64,000 nt of DNA from a virus (IMGVR_UViG_3300020411_004054:5885-69884); one strand, 5' to 3'; shown: positions 46,576-56,831, counted from the first letter of the stretch. The notes: generated by a model not told the origin, from the letters alone. Program-made: numbers and translations.

Positions 46576-47768
46576 TGTCAACATTTACAGAACACAAAAC
46601 TATTGCTGATAGGTCTGCTTCGGATAGAAGGCGCCATAAGCAAAAAATAGAAAAAGCCATTAAAGATGGCATTCATGATATTGTTGCTGATGAGAGCATC
46701 ATTGGTCAAGACGGCAAAAAGAAAATAAAAATTCCTGTTAGAGGAATTAAAGAGTATCGATTTGTCTACGGTGACAATGAAAACAATAAAAAAGTAGGAT
46801 CTGCTCCAGGTGCTGATATTAAAAGAGGGCAAAAAATCGGTGACAATAAACAAAAGGCAAAAGGAGAACCTAATAAGCCTGGTAATGATCCCGGTGAAGA
46901 ATACTACGATGTAGAAATAACTCTAGAAGAGTTGGCACACTATCTTTTTGATGACCTACAACTACCTGATCTTGAAAAGAAATCACTAAAAAAGGTGATG
47001 TCAGAAAAAATAAAAAGAAAAGGCTATAGAAAAGAAGGCATAAAGCCTAGGCTGGATAAGAAGAAGTCAGCTATACAAAGAATTAAAAGAAAGAAAGCAT
47101 CAGAAAGAATTAGCACTATCAACGAAGACGAAAATTTTCCCTTTCACGAAAATGATCTGATCTATAGACATTTTAAGCCGGCGAAAAAAGAATGCTCCAA
47201 TGCTGTGATATTCTTTGTGATGGATATTTCAGGATCAATGACAAAGCAAAAAAAGTTTATTGCTAGGAGTTTCTACTTCTTGCTATACCATTTTATTCGA
47301 TCAAAGTATGAACATACAGAAATAGTATTTGTTTCTCATGATACAAATGCATATGAAGTAAATGAAGAACAATTTTTTAATAGAGGCAATAGCGGAGGAA
47401 CATTAGTTTCAAGTGGGTTAGAGATGGTGAGGGACATTATTTCAAAAAGATTTCATCCAAATAGTTGGAACATTTATTGTTTTCAATGTTCTGATGGTGA
47501 CAATTGGCCTGAGGATACTTCAAAAACTTTAGCTGCAGCTGAAGCTATCAGAGACGTTTCTCAGCTTTTTGGCTATTGTGAAATAATACCCGGCGCAGAC
47601 AACGACAACGGCGGTTGGTTTGATGACTCTAGACTTTCGAAAGTCTATGAGCCTATTGCTAGTAAAAAAATGAAGATTGTCTCTATTACAAGTAAAAGTG
47701 ATATATGGCCTTCTTTTAAGCGATTATTTGGCGGTAGAGGCAAAAAAAGAATAATTGTGTCACGTTAA
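46575..47768 (+). CDS. yeaH: YeaH/YhbH (DUF444) vWA-like protein
   Basis: DRRRHKQKI, IPVRGIKEYRF, VMDISGSM, GGTLVSSG, CSDGDNW. Confidence 0.92.
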   Translation: MSTFTEHKTIADRSASDRRRHKQKIEKAIKDGIHDIVADESIIGQDGKKKIKIPVRGIKEYRFVYGDNENNKKVGSAPGADIKRGQKIGDNKQKAKGEPNKPGNDPGEEYYDVEITLEELAHYLFDDLQLPDLEKKSLKKVMSEKIKRKGYRKEGIKPRLDKKKSAIQRIKRKKASERISTINEDENFPFHENDLIYRHFKPAKKECSNAVIFFVMDISGSMTKQKKFIARSFYFLLYHFIRSKYEHTEIVFVSHDTNAYEVNEEQFFNRGNSGGTLVSSGLEMVRDIISKRFHPNSWNIYCFQCSDGDNWPEDTSKTLAAAEAIRDVSQLFGYCEIIPGADNDNGGWFDDSRLSKVYEPIASKKMKIVSITSKSDIWPSFKRLFGGRGKKRIIVSR

Positions 47769-47777
47769 GGTAGAAAA

Positions 47778-49079
47778 ATGGATTGGGATTTTGAAACATT
47801 AAAAGAATGGGATGACAAAATATGCGAACTGGCCCTCAAAAGAGGACTAGATTGGTTTCCGATATCTTACGAAGTATGTGACTACTTTAGTATGATCGGC
47901 CATATGTCATATCACGGCATGCCAACGCATTACGGTCATTGGTCGTATGGAAAAGCATTTGAAAGAACTCACACAATGTACAATATGGGAATGGAAGGGT
48001 TGCCTTATGAGTTAATAATAAACTCTAACCCTTCTATTGCTTATCTTATGAGGGAGAACCCACTCTATCTTCAGATTCTTATTATGGCACACTGTGTAGG
48101 ACACTCCGATTTCTTTAAAAATAATCGCATGTTTAGTCAGACACGACCCGACTCTGTTGTGCCGCGCTTTAGAAATGCAAAAAAAAGAATTCAGTCTTAT
48201 GTGGAAGATCCCACTATAGGGATTGAAGAAGTTGAAGAAGTATTGGATGCCGCACATGCCATATCTTTTCAAACTTATCGTTATGGTCAAAAGAGATTAT
48301 CAAAAGATGATCTAGTTAAGAAATATTCTAAAAAGATTAAAAAAGATGACGAGGGTGAATACGAAAATTTTGATATTAATCGAGTACCATTAGAGCCCGA
48401 CTATGATATTTTAGGGTTTATTTCTGAGTACGGCAACCTTCCAGAGTGGAAGAAAGATATTATTGAAATTGTCAGAGATGAGGCACGCTATTTTATACCT
48501 CAAATACAAACAAAAATTATGAACGAAGGTTGGGCATCCTATTGGCACTACACTTTGTTACATGAGCTAAACCTTGATTCTGATATGCATCTCCCATTTA
48601 TTAAGATGCACAATCAAGTTATTCGACCCCATGTTGGAGGTCTTAACCCATACCATATGGGTTTTGTTATTTTTAAAGATATCGAAGAAAGATTCGGTAT
48701 TAATGAATGTTTTGTCGCAAGAGAAACAGGGCACGATGTTTCTTTTATTAGACAGTATTTAACCAGAGAATTGTGTGAAGATTTAGGGCTATTCTCATTT
48801 TCAGATAAAGGAAAGCCCGGTATTACAATTGACGAAATATATGACGATGATGGTTGGGAAAATGTAAAGTCCAGCTTAATTACTAATATTGGTACTAATG
48901 GTATACCGGTTATCTACGTTGATGAGCTTGAAGGAGGATTTCTAGTTCTTCGACATGAGCATGACGGAAGAGACTTAGACTTAGGACATGCTGAAAACGT
49001 TGTCAATCACATTAATACACTTTGGCCAGAAGGTGCAAAAATGTACACTATTCTAGAAGAAGAGCTATGGGAAATCTAG
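47778..49079 (+). CDS. spoVR: SpoVR/YcgB-family protein
   Basis: GMPTHYGHWSYGK, LPYELIINSNP, AHCVGHSDFFKNN, KIMNEGWASYWH, LNPYHMG. Confidence 0.95.
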   Translation: MDWDFETLKEWDDKICELALKRGLDWFPISYEVCDYFSMIGHMSYHGMPTHYGHWSYGKAFERTHTMYNMGMEGLPYELIINSNPSIAYLMRENPLYLQILIMAHCVGHSDFFKNNRMFSQTRPDSVVPRFRNAKKRIQSYVEDPTIGIEEVEEVLDAAHAISFQTYRYGQKRLSKDDLVKKYSKKIKKDDEGEYENFDINRVPLEPDYDILGFISEYGNLPEWKKDIIEIVRDEARYFIPQIQTKIMNEGWASYWHYTLLHELNLDSDMHLPFIKMHNQVIRPHVGGLNPYHMGFVIFKDIEERFGINECFVARETGHDVSFIRQYLTRELCEDLGLFSFSDKGKPGITIDEIYDDDGWENVKSSLITNIGTNGIPVIYVDELEGGFLVLRHEHDGRDLDLGHAENVVNHINTLWPEGAKMYTILEEELWEI

Positions 49080-49123
49080 TTATATTAGTACACACATTAA
49101 CGCTTGCGGAGTAGAATATAAAC

Positions 49124-51058
49124 ATGAGTGTAAGAGACGAACTATTAAAAGAAATTGAAAAGCAGCGCCGTAAAGGGGCAGCCAAGAAGAAGTTTGACGG
49201 TACTTTTCTTGACTATGTAGAGATGGTCAAAGAAGATCCAGAAATTGTCAAGAGTGCACATAAGCGACTGTACAATTCTATAGTGTCACACGGTGTTGAA
49301 AATATGCCTGACTCGGATGCTAGAAAGAAAAAAATCTTTGATAACGATAGTATAAAGATTTACGACTATTTCAAAGAAGAATTCTTTGGTATGGAGCGGG
49401 TAATTGGCAAGCTCATGAGCTTTTTAAAATCCGCTGCATACAAAGGTGAAGAGAGCAAGCAGGTTCTACTCTTAATGGGCCCAGTCGGTGCAGGAAAAAG
49501 TGCATTAACAGAGCATATTAAAAAATCACTAAACGGTGAAAAGTTTTATCACTTAAAAGATGATCCTCAGAGAGGTGAGCCCTTACAGCTAGTACCTCGA
49601 AGTCTAAGAAATACATTTACAAAGAAGCTAGGTGTTGCTATTGAAGGTGATATTAGTCCTATTGCAAGATACAAGCTTCTTAATGATCTAGATGGAAAAT
49701 ATGAAGACTTTCCTGTTGTAGAGTCTAGCTTTTCACAAAGAGGTCGCAGAGGTATTGCTTCTGTTCCTCCTATGGATGCGAATAGTCAAGACGTTTCTGT
49801 TCTTATTGGAAGCATTGATATATCAAAACTTGATCGTTTTACAGAAGATGATCCTCGAGCACTCTCACTTAATGGTGCATTTAATGTAGGCAATAGAGGT
49901 ATTGTAGAGCTAGTTGAAGTCTTTAAAAATGAGATCGAGTTTCTACATACAATTATTACAGCTACACAAGAAAAGAGAATACCTTCTCCTGGTAAGAGTG
50001 ATATGCTTCACTTTGATGGTGTGATATTAGCACACTGCAATGAATCAGAATGGAATCGATTTCAAAGTGAACATACAAACGAAGCAATCTTAGACCGAGT
50101 TGTAAAAATTAATGTACCATACTGCCTAGAACTAGATCAGGAAGTCAAAATCTATGAAAAAATGCTTAAGCAGTCAGACTTTGAGCATCATATTGCACCT
50201 CATACGCTTAAAGTCGCATCAATGTTCAGTATCATGTCTAGGCTTAAGCCCTCTCAAAAATGTGACCTATTAACAAAAATGAAAATCTACAATGGCGAAG
50301 AAGTCATAGAAAAAGGAAGAGTAAAAAGGATTGATATCAAAGACTTAAGAGAAGAAGCCCGATATGAAGGAATGTCCGGAATATCAACAAGGTTTATTGC
50401 AAAGTCTTTAGACATGGCACTTACAAACTCGGACAAAGATATGATTACACCGGTATCTGTAATTGAATCACTTTCTAGAATGGTAAAGGATCAAATTGTA
50501 GATGAAGAGTTTAAACAATCTTGTTTGGAGATTATTCAAAAAATCGTAAGAGAAGAGTACTTAAGAATCCTGGAAACAGAAATCGCAAAAGCATTTGTAA
50601 GTGCATACGAAGAACAGGCACAGTCTCTATTTGACACTTATCTAGACAATGCCGAGGCTTTTACAACTCGACAAAATCTTAAAGATAGAGTAACCAAAGA
50701 GGAGAGGGAGCCTGATGAGAACTTTATGCGATCAATAGAGGAGCAAATAGGAATTACTGGCTCTGCCAAAGAAGGATTTAGAAGTGACGTTACTGCCTAC
50801 ATGTTCGCAAAGATGCGTCGCGGCGAAAAGGTCGACTACCAATCTTACGAGCCACTTAAAGAAGCTATCGAAAGCTACTTAATCAATTCTGTTAAAGATA
50901 TGGCCAGAATTGTTACTAAGTCTAAGACAAGGGATGATGAACAACAAAAGAAGCACAGTGACATGATAAAAACGATGATTGATGAGTATGGTTATACAGC
51001 AGACAGTGCTGAAGAAATTTTAGCATATGCATCAAACAATCTTTGGAGAGACAGTTAA
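49124..51058 (+). CDS. prkA: PrkA/YeaG-family AAA+ serine kinase
   Basis: LLMGPVGAGKS, GAFNVGNRGIVELVEVFKN, NEAILDRV, VPYCL, GMSGISTRF. Confidence 0.95.
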   Translation: MSVRDELLKEIEKQRRKGAAKKKFDGTFLDYVEMVKEDPEIVKSAHKRLYNSIVSHGVENMPDSDARKKKIFDNDSIKIYDYFKEEFFGMERVIGKLMSFLKSAAYKGEESKQVLLLMGPVGAGKSALTEHIKKSLNGEKFYHLKDDPQRGEPLQLVPRSLRNTFTKKLGVAIEGDISPIARYKLLNDLDGKYEDFPVVESSFSQRGRRGIASVPPMDANSQDVSVLIGSIDISKLDRFTEDDPRALSLNGAFNVGNRGIVELVEVFKNEIEFLHTIITATQEKRIPSPGKSDMLHFDGVILAHCNESEWNRFQSEHTNEAILDRVVKINVPYCLELDQEVKIYEKMLKQSDFEHHIAPHTLKVASMFSIMSRLKPSQKCDLLTKMKIYNGEEVIEKGRVKRIDIKDLREEARYEGMSGISTRFIAKSLDMALTNSDKDMITPVSVIESLSRMVKDQIVDEEFKQSCLEIIQKIVREEYLRILETEIAKAFVSAYEEQAQSLFDTYLDNAEAFTTRQNLKDRVTKEEREPDENFMRSIEEQIGITGSAKEGFRSDVTAYMFAKMRRGEKVDYQSYEPLKEAIESYLINSVKDMARIVTKSKTRDDEQQKKHSDMIKTMIDEYGYTADSAEEILAYASNNLWRDS

Positions 51059-51342
51059 TGAAAAGTGCAAATTTTGGCCATCCTGAAGTTCTTCTAATTT
51101 GCGGAACTTACTTAATGACCCACAGTTACTTTGGATTAGGTTTAGCCTTGTTAATTTTAGGCTTTTTAGGCGGAATTTTTAGATCAGCCATTTCAATTCA
51201 GCATGCGAATCAAGAACTAGAAGCTAAGCAAAAGTTATTAGAAAATATGGACTCATCAGGTGAAGAGCTAGGTGAGGCAATTGCTACACTTCTAGGAGCT
51301 TTTACCGGTGAGAAAAAGAAAAAGGGCGGAACTGTACAGTAA
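51058..51342 (+). CDS. Membrane protein
   Basis: Hydrophobic FGLGLALLILGFLGGIF followed by a coiled coil. Confidence 0.7.
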   Translation: MKSANFGHPEVLLICGTYLMTHSYFGLGLALLILGFLGGIFRSAISIQHANQELEAKQKLLENMDSSGEELGEAIATLLGAFTGEKKKKGGTVQ

Positions 51343-52528
51343 TCAGAGTACAGACATGCATACATCGACGATTTCCGGTGACGATATTAGGAAAAGATAT
51401 CGATCACTTCTTAAAGAACTAGCATCTCTTTATCTCAAGATGGATCGAGGCACACTAGTATTTAATTACGGTGAGAGGGTTGCCAATACGAAGCCAGCTG
51501 ATCTGGTAAGAGTGCTATCAGAGTGGTCACAGAAAGACCTTGTTGATCTATCCATACGAAACATCATAGTTGATGCGATCCTTTCATCAGAGAACAAACA
51601 GATAGGCTCTGGCATTATTTGTTTGCTATCTCTTCTACATAAAGATGCATATCATAATAAAAGTACTTCTTTTAGGGCATCTATGGAGGATATAGAAGAG
51701 ACAGTTCGTTACTATCTAGGTGATGGTCTTTTGTGTAATGTAACTCTGTCGCTATTGAATATGGGTGCATTAGGTAGTTCTATTAGATTTGATATTTCCA
51801 ATAATAAAAACTTTGTTTTAGAGGCAGTTGATGCTGTTAATATTCCCGGGCATGTACACCCAATATTCCAACAAAGAGTTCATAAGCTAGAGCTACCATA
51901 TATTGTTTGTGTAGATGGCATTATTGAGTCTTTGGGGGAAGTTGATGCAATACTCCAGGGATCTTCTGAAAATAGAGCTAGCGTTGTCATATGCGCATTA
52001 GGATTTCACCCAGATGTTGTCAATACTCTTTCAGAAAACTGGAAAGAGAATAGACTTAGAGTTATTCCGTTCATAGTATCACGTTGGTCTGATGACAGTG
52101 AAATGACTGCACTTGAAGCTTGTGATCGAATTAATCTCAGTTGCGTAGCTAGAGAAAAAGGAGATGTGATATCTTCTAAGACTCTAGAAGAATTTGAAAT
52201 AGTTGAGTCTGTTTATATTTCTGCTCAGGCAATTTCTATTCAAAACGATATTGGTGAAGCAAGACACATAGAAGTAAAAATCCCTAATCATATGTCAAAA
52301 ATGGCCGGTTTGATTGAAGACAGAATAAGAATAACCCTTCAAGCATGCACTGGAGTGGCTAAATGGGGCCTCCTTAGTGATGAATGCTTTAGACAGCTCG
52401 ATGAAAAACATCCTATAAAACTTCCCAGAGTATCAGTAAGTGCAGCAGTGATTGGAAAAAAATCGGCTGATGCATGCAGTGATATTATAGAAAACATGGG
52501 AAATGCAATCATCCCTGGCATTAAATAA
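51308..52528 (+). CDS. Degenerate GroEL/Cpn60-like protein
   Basis: Segments alignable by eye to GroEL apical and equatorial regions; GDGTTT motif absent. Confidence 0.6.
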   Translation: MRKRKRAELYSNQSTDMHTSTISGDDIRKRYRSLLKELASLYLKMDRGTLVFNYGERVANTKPADLVRVLSEWSQKDLVDLSIRNIIVDAILSSENKQIGSGIICLLSLLHKDAYHNKSTSFRASMEDIEETVRYYLGDGLLCNVTLSLLNMGALGSSIRFDISNNKNFVLEAVDAVNIPGHVHPIFQQRVHKLELPYIVCVDGIIESLGEVDAILQGSSENRASVVICALGFHPDVVNTLSENWKENRLRVIPFIVSRWSDDSEMTALEACDRINLSCVAREKGDVISSKTLEEFEIVESVYISAQAISIQNDIGEARHIEVKIPNHMSKMAGLIEDRIRITLQACTGVAKWGLLSDECFRQLDEKHPIKLPRVSVSAAVIGKKSADACSDIIENMGNAIIPGIK

Positions 52529-52578
52529 TTTACTATTGCACACGACTGTAATATCTTATATAGAACGGAGGTTTAAAA

Positions 52579-52785
52579 ATGTCAACCACAACTAATGTAT
52601 GTAGAACAATTCTAGACACACAAACTGTAGTCAAGGAAAGAATCACTGAGATGCTAGCTGAAAAACTAGTGTCTGCAGGTGTAGAGGAATCAGTATGTCG
52701 TGATCTTAGCGTAAATGTTAATGCGTATATTGATTCTCAAACTGACTCTCTCTTAGATAGAGTGACAAATGAGCTTGGAAAATAG
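52579..52785 (+). CDS. Small hypothetical protein
   Basis: GGAGG SD. Confidence 0.7.
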   Translation: MSTTTNVCRTILDTQTVVKERITEMLAEKLVSAGVEESVCRDLSVNVNAYIDSQTDSLLDRVTNELGK

Positions 52786-53269
52786 CGAGGAAAATTCTCG
52801 TAGATACAAAGGCATAAAACACTTAGTTCAGTGTCACTGCATACTTCCCCAATATAGAAATAGCAAAGATCCGGTATTTCACCAGTTTGTTGTCTTCTCT
52901 GTTGTTGATATGCAAAGTGACACAATTGAGTCTAAGTTTGCTGAGTGTAATAATTGCGGTGCAGCTCACAAGATTATTGATATTTGCAAGTCTGAGATCT
53001 TAACAGGAAAAGACGAAGTTAAGTCACAGCTATCTATTGAAGATATCAAATATTCTTTACCTGGTGAACTTTTTGAGTTGTTGCAGTCTTACGATAGAGA
53101 ATTGCCTGATTTTGAGCATGCACAATTTATTCTAGAAAACAAGATATGGGAAGACTACATCATTTTATCTAGAGAAGAGCTAGACGATTATATTCAAGGC
53201 AAACTGGTGAGATTTATCTCAGATGTAAAGTTTAGAGTAGAGTCTTACACACTAAGGAATTCAGTATGA
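52769..53269 (+). CDS. Cys-rich, putative Zn-binding hypothetical protein
   Basis: QCHC, CNNCG..H...C. Confidence 0.75.
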   Translation: MSLENSEENSRRYKGIKHLVQCHCILPQYRNSKDPVFHQFVVFSVVDMQSDTIESKFAECNNCGAAHKIIDICKSEILTGKDEVKSQLSIEDIKYSLPGELFELLQSYDRELPDFEHAQFILENKIWEDYIILSREELDDYIQGKLVRFISDVKFRVESYTLRNSV

Positions 53270-53502
53270 AAAAAGTAAAAAAATACGGTGCTACAAAAGA
53301 AGAGGCAACAATATTAGAGTCGGCAAAGTGCAGAGAGATAGTTAACGAAATCTTAAATTTTGGTGTAAATCAGCATCAAATAAAAAAGCTAATAAAGCTC
53401 TTGTCTCTAGAGCTTGAAAATAGAGACCTAATGTTAGGAATTGCTAACTTGATAGACAATGAGGAAGAATCTTCAGTTGTCGAGCCAAAAATAACAATAT
53501 AG
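53266..53502 (+). CDS. Small helical hypothetical protein
   Basis: ATGA coupling, AAGGA SD. Confidence 0.7.
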   Translation: MKKVKKYGATKEEATILESAKCREIVNEILNFGVNQHQIKKLIKLLSLELENRDLMLGIANLIDNEEESSVVEPKITI

Positions 53503-53518
53503 TCTTAAGGAGGATATA

Positions 53519-53719
53519 ATGGCTTCATCAGTTATGGAACAGTGGAATGAGATCAAAGTCTTAGTAGAATCTCTTGATCTAGATGTAGTAAAAAATGCAA
53601 ACGGAAACAATTCGGCAGGTGTAAGAGCCCGTAGAGGTCTAAGACTTCTTAAAAATAAAGCATCAGATCTTGTTAAGCTTACTATTGAGGAGGATAAGTC
53701 TAGAAAAGAAGGCAAGTAA
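53519..53719 (+). CDS. Hc1 / histone-H1-like nucleoid protein family
   Basis: NGNNSAGVRARRGLRLL resembles the KGNKAAGxRARK core. Confidence 0.7.
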   Translation: MASSVMEQWNEIKVLVESLDLDVVKNANGNNSAGVRARRGLRLLKNKASDLVKLTIEEDKSRKEGK

Positions 53720-53722
53720 ATT

Positions 53723-54082
53723 GGGGGCGAAAAGGTTTCGACAGGGTGTAACGCCTTGATGGTGCAAGTATCCAACGGTAACACATGGATTGATAGTGTT
53801 GCAAATTTTAAATGCCAACGATAATGTTGAGTACGATTACGCCTTAGCTGCTTAATCCGGGGTTTCCAGCAACCTTGTTATCAAAGCTGGATAAGTGGTT
53901 GATCCCACCGAAATAAACAAGATCAAAAATGGTTCCTAGAAATAGGTGAGATCCTGATTCTCGATAAGGATGGGTGGTTTTTCGAGATACCTTGTTAGTT
54001 TGGGAATAAGCTGACTAAACTTGTGAATGACCTGATATGCTGAGCATTTTGGACGCGGGTTCGATTCCCGCCGCTTCCACCA
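53723..54082 (+). ncRNA. ssrA: tmRNA; tag (A)ANDNVEYDYALAA at 53814-53855
   Basis: GGGGGCG/CGCTTCC-A-CCA acceptor with G3-U70, GGTTTCGAC D-region, GCGGGTTCGATTCCCGC T-arm, tag ending YALAA-stop. Confidence 0.95.
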
Positions 54083-54122
54083 ACGCTTGCTAAGTGATAT
54101 TTAAAGACGTGAGGTGGTTTTT

Positions 54123-55211
54123 ATGAACGAAGAAAATAAAGAAAAAGATGACACCTATATCAACGAAATTGGTACCGGTGCGGATGATGAATTTGATTTT
54201 GTAGACGCATTTGACGATGATGAAGAAGCGTTAGATGAGCAAGCACTCCCGGAAAATACAGCTGATTCGGCTATTAACTGTGCCTTTATTGGCGTCGGCG
54301 GCGGAGGCGGAAAATTGGCCAAGGCTTTTCTAGATGCAGGATTCAACAAGACACTATTAGTTAACACAACAGTCAAGGATCAGCCTGACGGTGTACCTGC
54401 AGATCACTTTCTTTTGGTTCCAGGGGCTGATGGTGTAGGAAAAGATGTAGATCTCGGCAAGAAGATTTTAGAGGAAAACAGCGCAATGGTTGAAGATGCT
54501 GTTCGCGCGCGGCTTGGTGCTCCTGACTGGATTTTTGTTCTGGCCGGCGGTGGTGGTGGAACAGGATCAGCATGCCCTGTCTTACACGATGCACTTTCTA
54601 GACATCTTAAAACAGTCGGTGCATCAGGAAAAGTTGTCTATATTGTTTCCCAACCTAGCTCACAAGAACTCTTAAATACAACCATTGAAAGAAACTATCA
54701 GTCAATTGTAAGTGATGTATCATCACATCCTCACATTATTATTGACAACGAAAGACAACTACAGCTTCTTAGAAACAAAGTTGGAATGCTTAATCTATAC
54801 CCAGTAGCAAACAAAAACTTTGCAAAATTACTAGCACAAGTATTCAAACTAGCAAATACCCACTCAGATATTCAGGCATTTGATTCAAAAGATTTAGAAA
54901 AATGCCTAAGCACTGATGGGCGTATTGTTGTTGGTAGCAAAGTTATTAAAGATACAAATAGAAGAGATCTCGGTGCGGCTGTCCTACAAGGCTGTATATC
55001 AAATTCTCCATGTCCTCCTCCTAAAAATAGGTGTGAAACAGGAGCATTAATGCTTGTAGCTTCTTCAGCCATGGCTGGTGACCCGGCCGTAAGCAAAAAT
55101 TTGGAAGCTGCATTTAGCTATGTTGGCGGACGAACAAATGCACTTTTCTCAGGTGTTTACGTAAGAGAAAGAATCCCAGGCCTTATAGCAATTTGTCTAC
55201 TGGCCGGATAA
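54123..55211 (+). CDS. Tubulin/FtsZ-family GTPase (PhuZ/TubZ-like) with acidic N-terminal tail
   Basis: [35 protein letters not shown]. Confidence 0.9.
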   Translation: MNEENKEKDDTYINEIGTGADDEFDFVDAFDDDEEALDEQALPENTADSAINCAFIGVGGGGGKLAKAFLDAGFNKTLLVNTTVKDQPDGVPADHFLLVPGADGVGKDVDLGKKILEENSAMVEDAVRARLGAPDWIFVLAGGGGGTGSACPVLHDALSRHLKTVGASGKVVYIVSQPSSQELLNTTIERNYQSIVSDVSSHPHIIIDNERQLQLLRNKVGMLNLYPVANKNFAKLLAQVFKLANTHSDIQAFDSKDLEKCLSTDGRIVVGSKVIKDTNRRDLGAAVLQGCISNSPCPPPKNRCETGALMLVASSAMAGDPAVSKNLEAAFSYVGGRTNALFSGVYVRERIPGLIAICLLAG

Positions 55212-55472
55212 TGGATCAAAATCAGAGATGGGCTTTGAGTCTTTTCGAAGCTTTTTTAAGATTGACTTTTCAATCTGGCACACTCTCATTCTTGATATTC
55301 CGTAGTAGTCACCAATTTCTTGCAAAGTCTTTGGGCCGTCTTGTGCCGCAATTATCGAACAATTTAAGTCAGATTCAGCATTTAAAAAATGACGGCAACT
55401 TGACTTTGAACAAGGTGTCTTTGCGTCTTGTACGAGATTATAGCATTTTTCTGTGTCTTTATCGTTTTGCAT
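55197..55472 (-). CDS. Sigma70 region-4 HTH protein with Cys-rich N-terminus
   Basis: [28 protein letters not shown]. Confidence 0.85.
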   Translation of the reverse strand: MQNDKDTEKCYNLVQDAKTPCSKSSCRHFLNAESDLNCSIIAAQDGPKTLQEIGDYYGISRMRVCQIEKSILKKLRKDSKPISDFDPLSGQ

Positions 55473-55529
55473 GTTTAAAAGAATTTACCTTACAGATACA
55501 ATCTATTATAGGAGGCGAGACTTTACAAT

Positions 55530-56831
55530 ATGAGCAAAAGAAAATTACTAGTAATAGACACTTCAGTGTTGCTTTATGACAAAGCATCAGTCCATTCCTT
55601 TCCTGGAAATGACGTTGTTTTACCGCTAATTGTTTTAGATGAGCTTGATAGGTTTAAAGAAAAACCAGGCTTGCTAGGAGAGTCAGCAAGATATGTCAAT
55701 AGATTTTTAGATGACTTAAGAAGTAAAGGAAGGTTAGATCAAGGTGTACTAATAGATGAAAACACAGATCAAACCATAAAAGTGACTGCGTCTACTCCTA
55801 AGTTAGACCCTAAAGATCATTTAGATCCAACTCGCGGCGATAATATGATTATTGCTGCAGCACTAGACTTAAAAAAGTCTTTTCCGAAAAAAGAAGTAAA
55901 AGTAATAACTAAAGACATTAATCTACGGGTAAAATGTGATGCCTTAGGGATTCTTGCTGAAGATTATTACAAAGATTATATCGACGATGTTGATGATAAT
56001 TTTGATGGCGTGGATGAACTCTATTTAAGTGATGAAAAAATTAATCTTCTTTATGAAAACGGATCATGTGACATAGAAGAATCTGATTATGAGCTTCATC
56101 CGAACACCTACGTCGTTTGCAAAGGCTCGAGTATGGGTAAATCTGCATTGGCTGTTTATACGGGAAAAGATTTATGCACACTTAATTCTTTTGGTCAGTC
56201 AGAAACCGGTGTTACGCCTCGAAACAAAGAGCAAAAATTTGCCTGGCATGCCTTAAACTCAGCAGACATACCTCTAGTAACACTTACGGGCTTGGCCGGT
56301 TCGGGGAAAACTTTTCTTGCCTTGATGTCAGGGATTGATGCTTTATATGACAAGACTTATGAAAGAATTGTCGTAACTAGAAGTATTGAGCCAGTTGGTA
56401 GAGATATCGGCTATCTGCCCGGGGATGTTAATGAAAAAATGGCCCCATGGATGTCACCTCTTTTGGATAACTTTAAGCACCACTTCAAAGATAGAACTTA
56501 CTTTGAATTAATGTTAGAAAAAGGTCAAATTGAGATTGCACCTTTGTCTTTTATTAGAGGCAGAACGTTTAATAACAGCTTTTTAATTGTGGATGAGGCA
56601 CAAAATGCTACAATTCATGAACTAAAAACAATCATTACAAGAATAGGTGAAAACTCAAAAGTGGTACTTATGGGTGATACAGATCAAATAGATACACCTT
56701 ATATCGACAAAAGATCCAATGGATTGGCTATAGTTATTGAAAAGTTTAAAACAAGTGATTTGAGCGCACATGTACATCTTTGTAGAGGAGAACGATCTTC
56801 TATTGCAACATACGCTAGCAAGGTGCTCTAA
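55530..56831 (+). CDS. phoH: PIN-PhoH (PhoH2-type) RNase-ATPase fusion
   Basis: VIDTSVL, ELD, DNMI and TKDINLR PIN residues; GLAGSGKT, RGRT, IVDEAQN, GDTDQ. Confidence 0.93.
   Translation: MSKRKLLVIDTSVLLYDKASVHSFPGNDVVLPLIVLDELDRFKEKPGLLGESARYVNRFLDDLRSKGRLDQGVLIDENTDQTIKVTASTPKLDPKDHLDPTRGDNMIIAAALDLKKSFPKKEVKVITKDINLRVKCDALGILAEDYYKDYIDDVDDNFDGVDELYLSDEKINLLYENGSCDIEESDYELHPNTYVVCKGSSMGKSALAVYTGKDLCTLNSFGQSETGVTPRNKEQKFAWHALNSADIPLVTLTGLAGSGKTFLALMSGIDALYDKTYERIVVTRSIEPVGRDIGYLPGDVNEKMAPWMSPLLDNFKHHFKDRTYFELMLEKGQIEIAPLSFIRGRTFNNSFLIVDEAQNATIHELKTIITRIGENSKVVLMGDTDQIDTPYIDKRSNGLAIVIEKFKTSDLSAHVHLCRGERSSIATYASKVL

Noticed and set aside
54123-55211. Claim that this is a nucleus-forming phage
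   Set aside because: A tubulin alone is insufficient; no chimallin or multi-subunit RNA polymerase is recognisable in this window.
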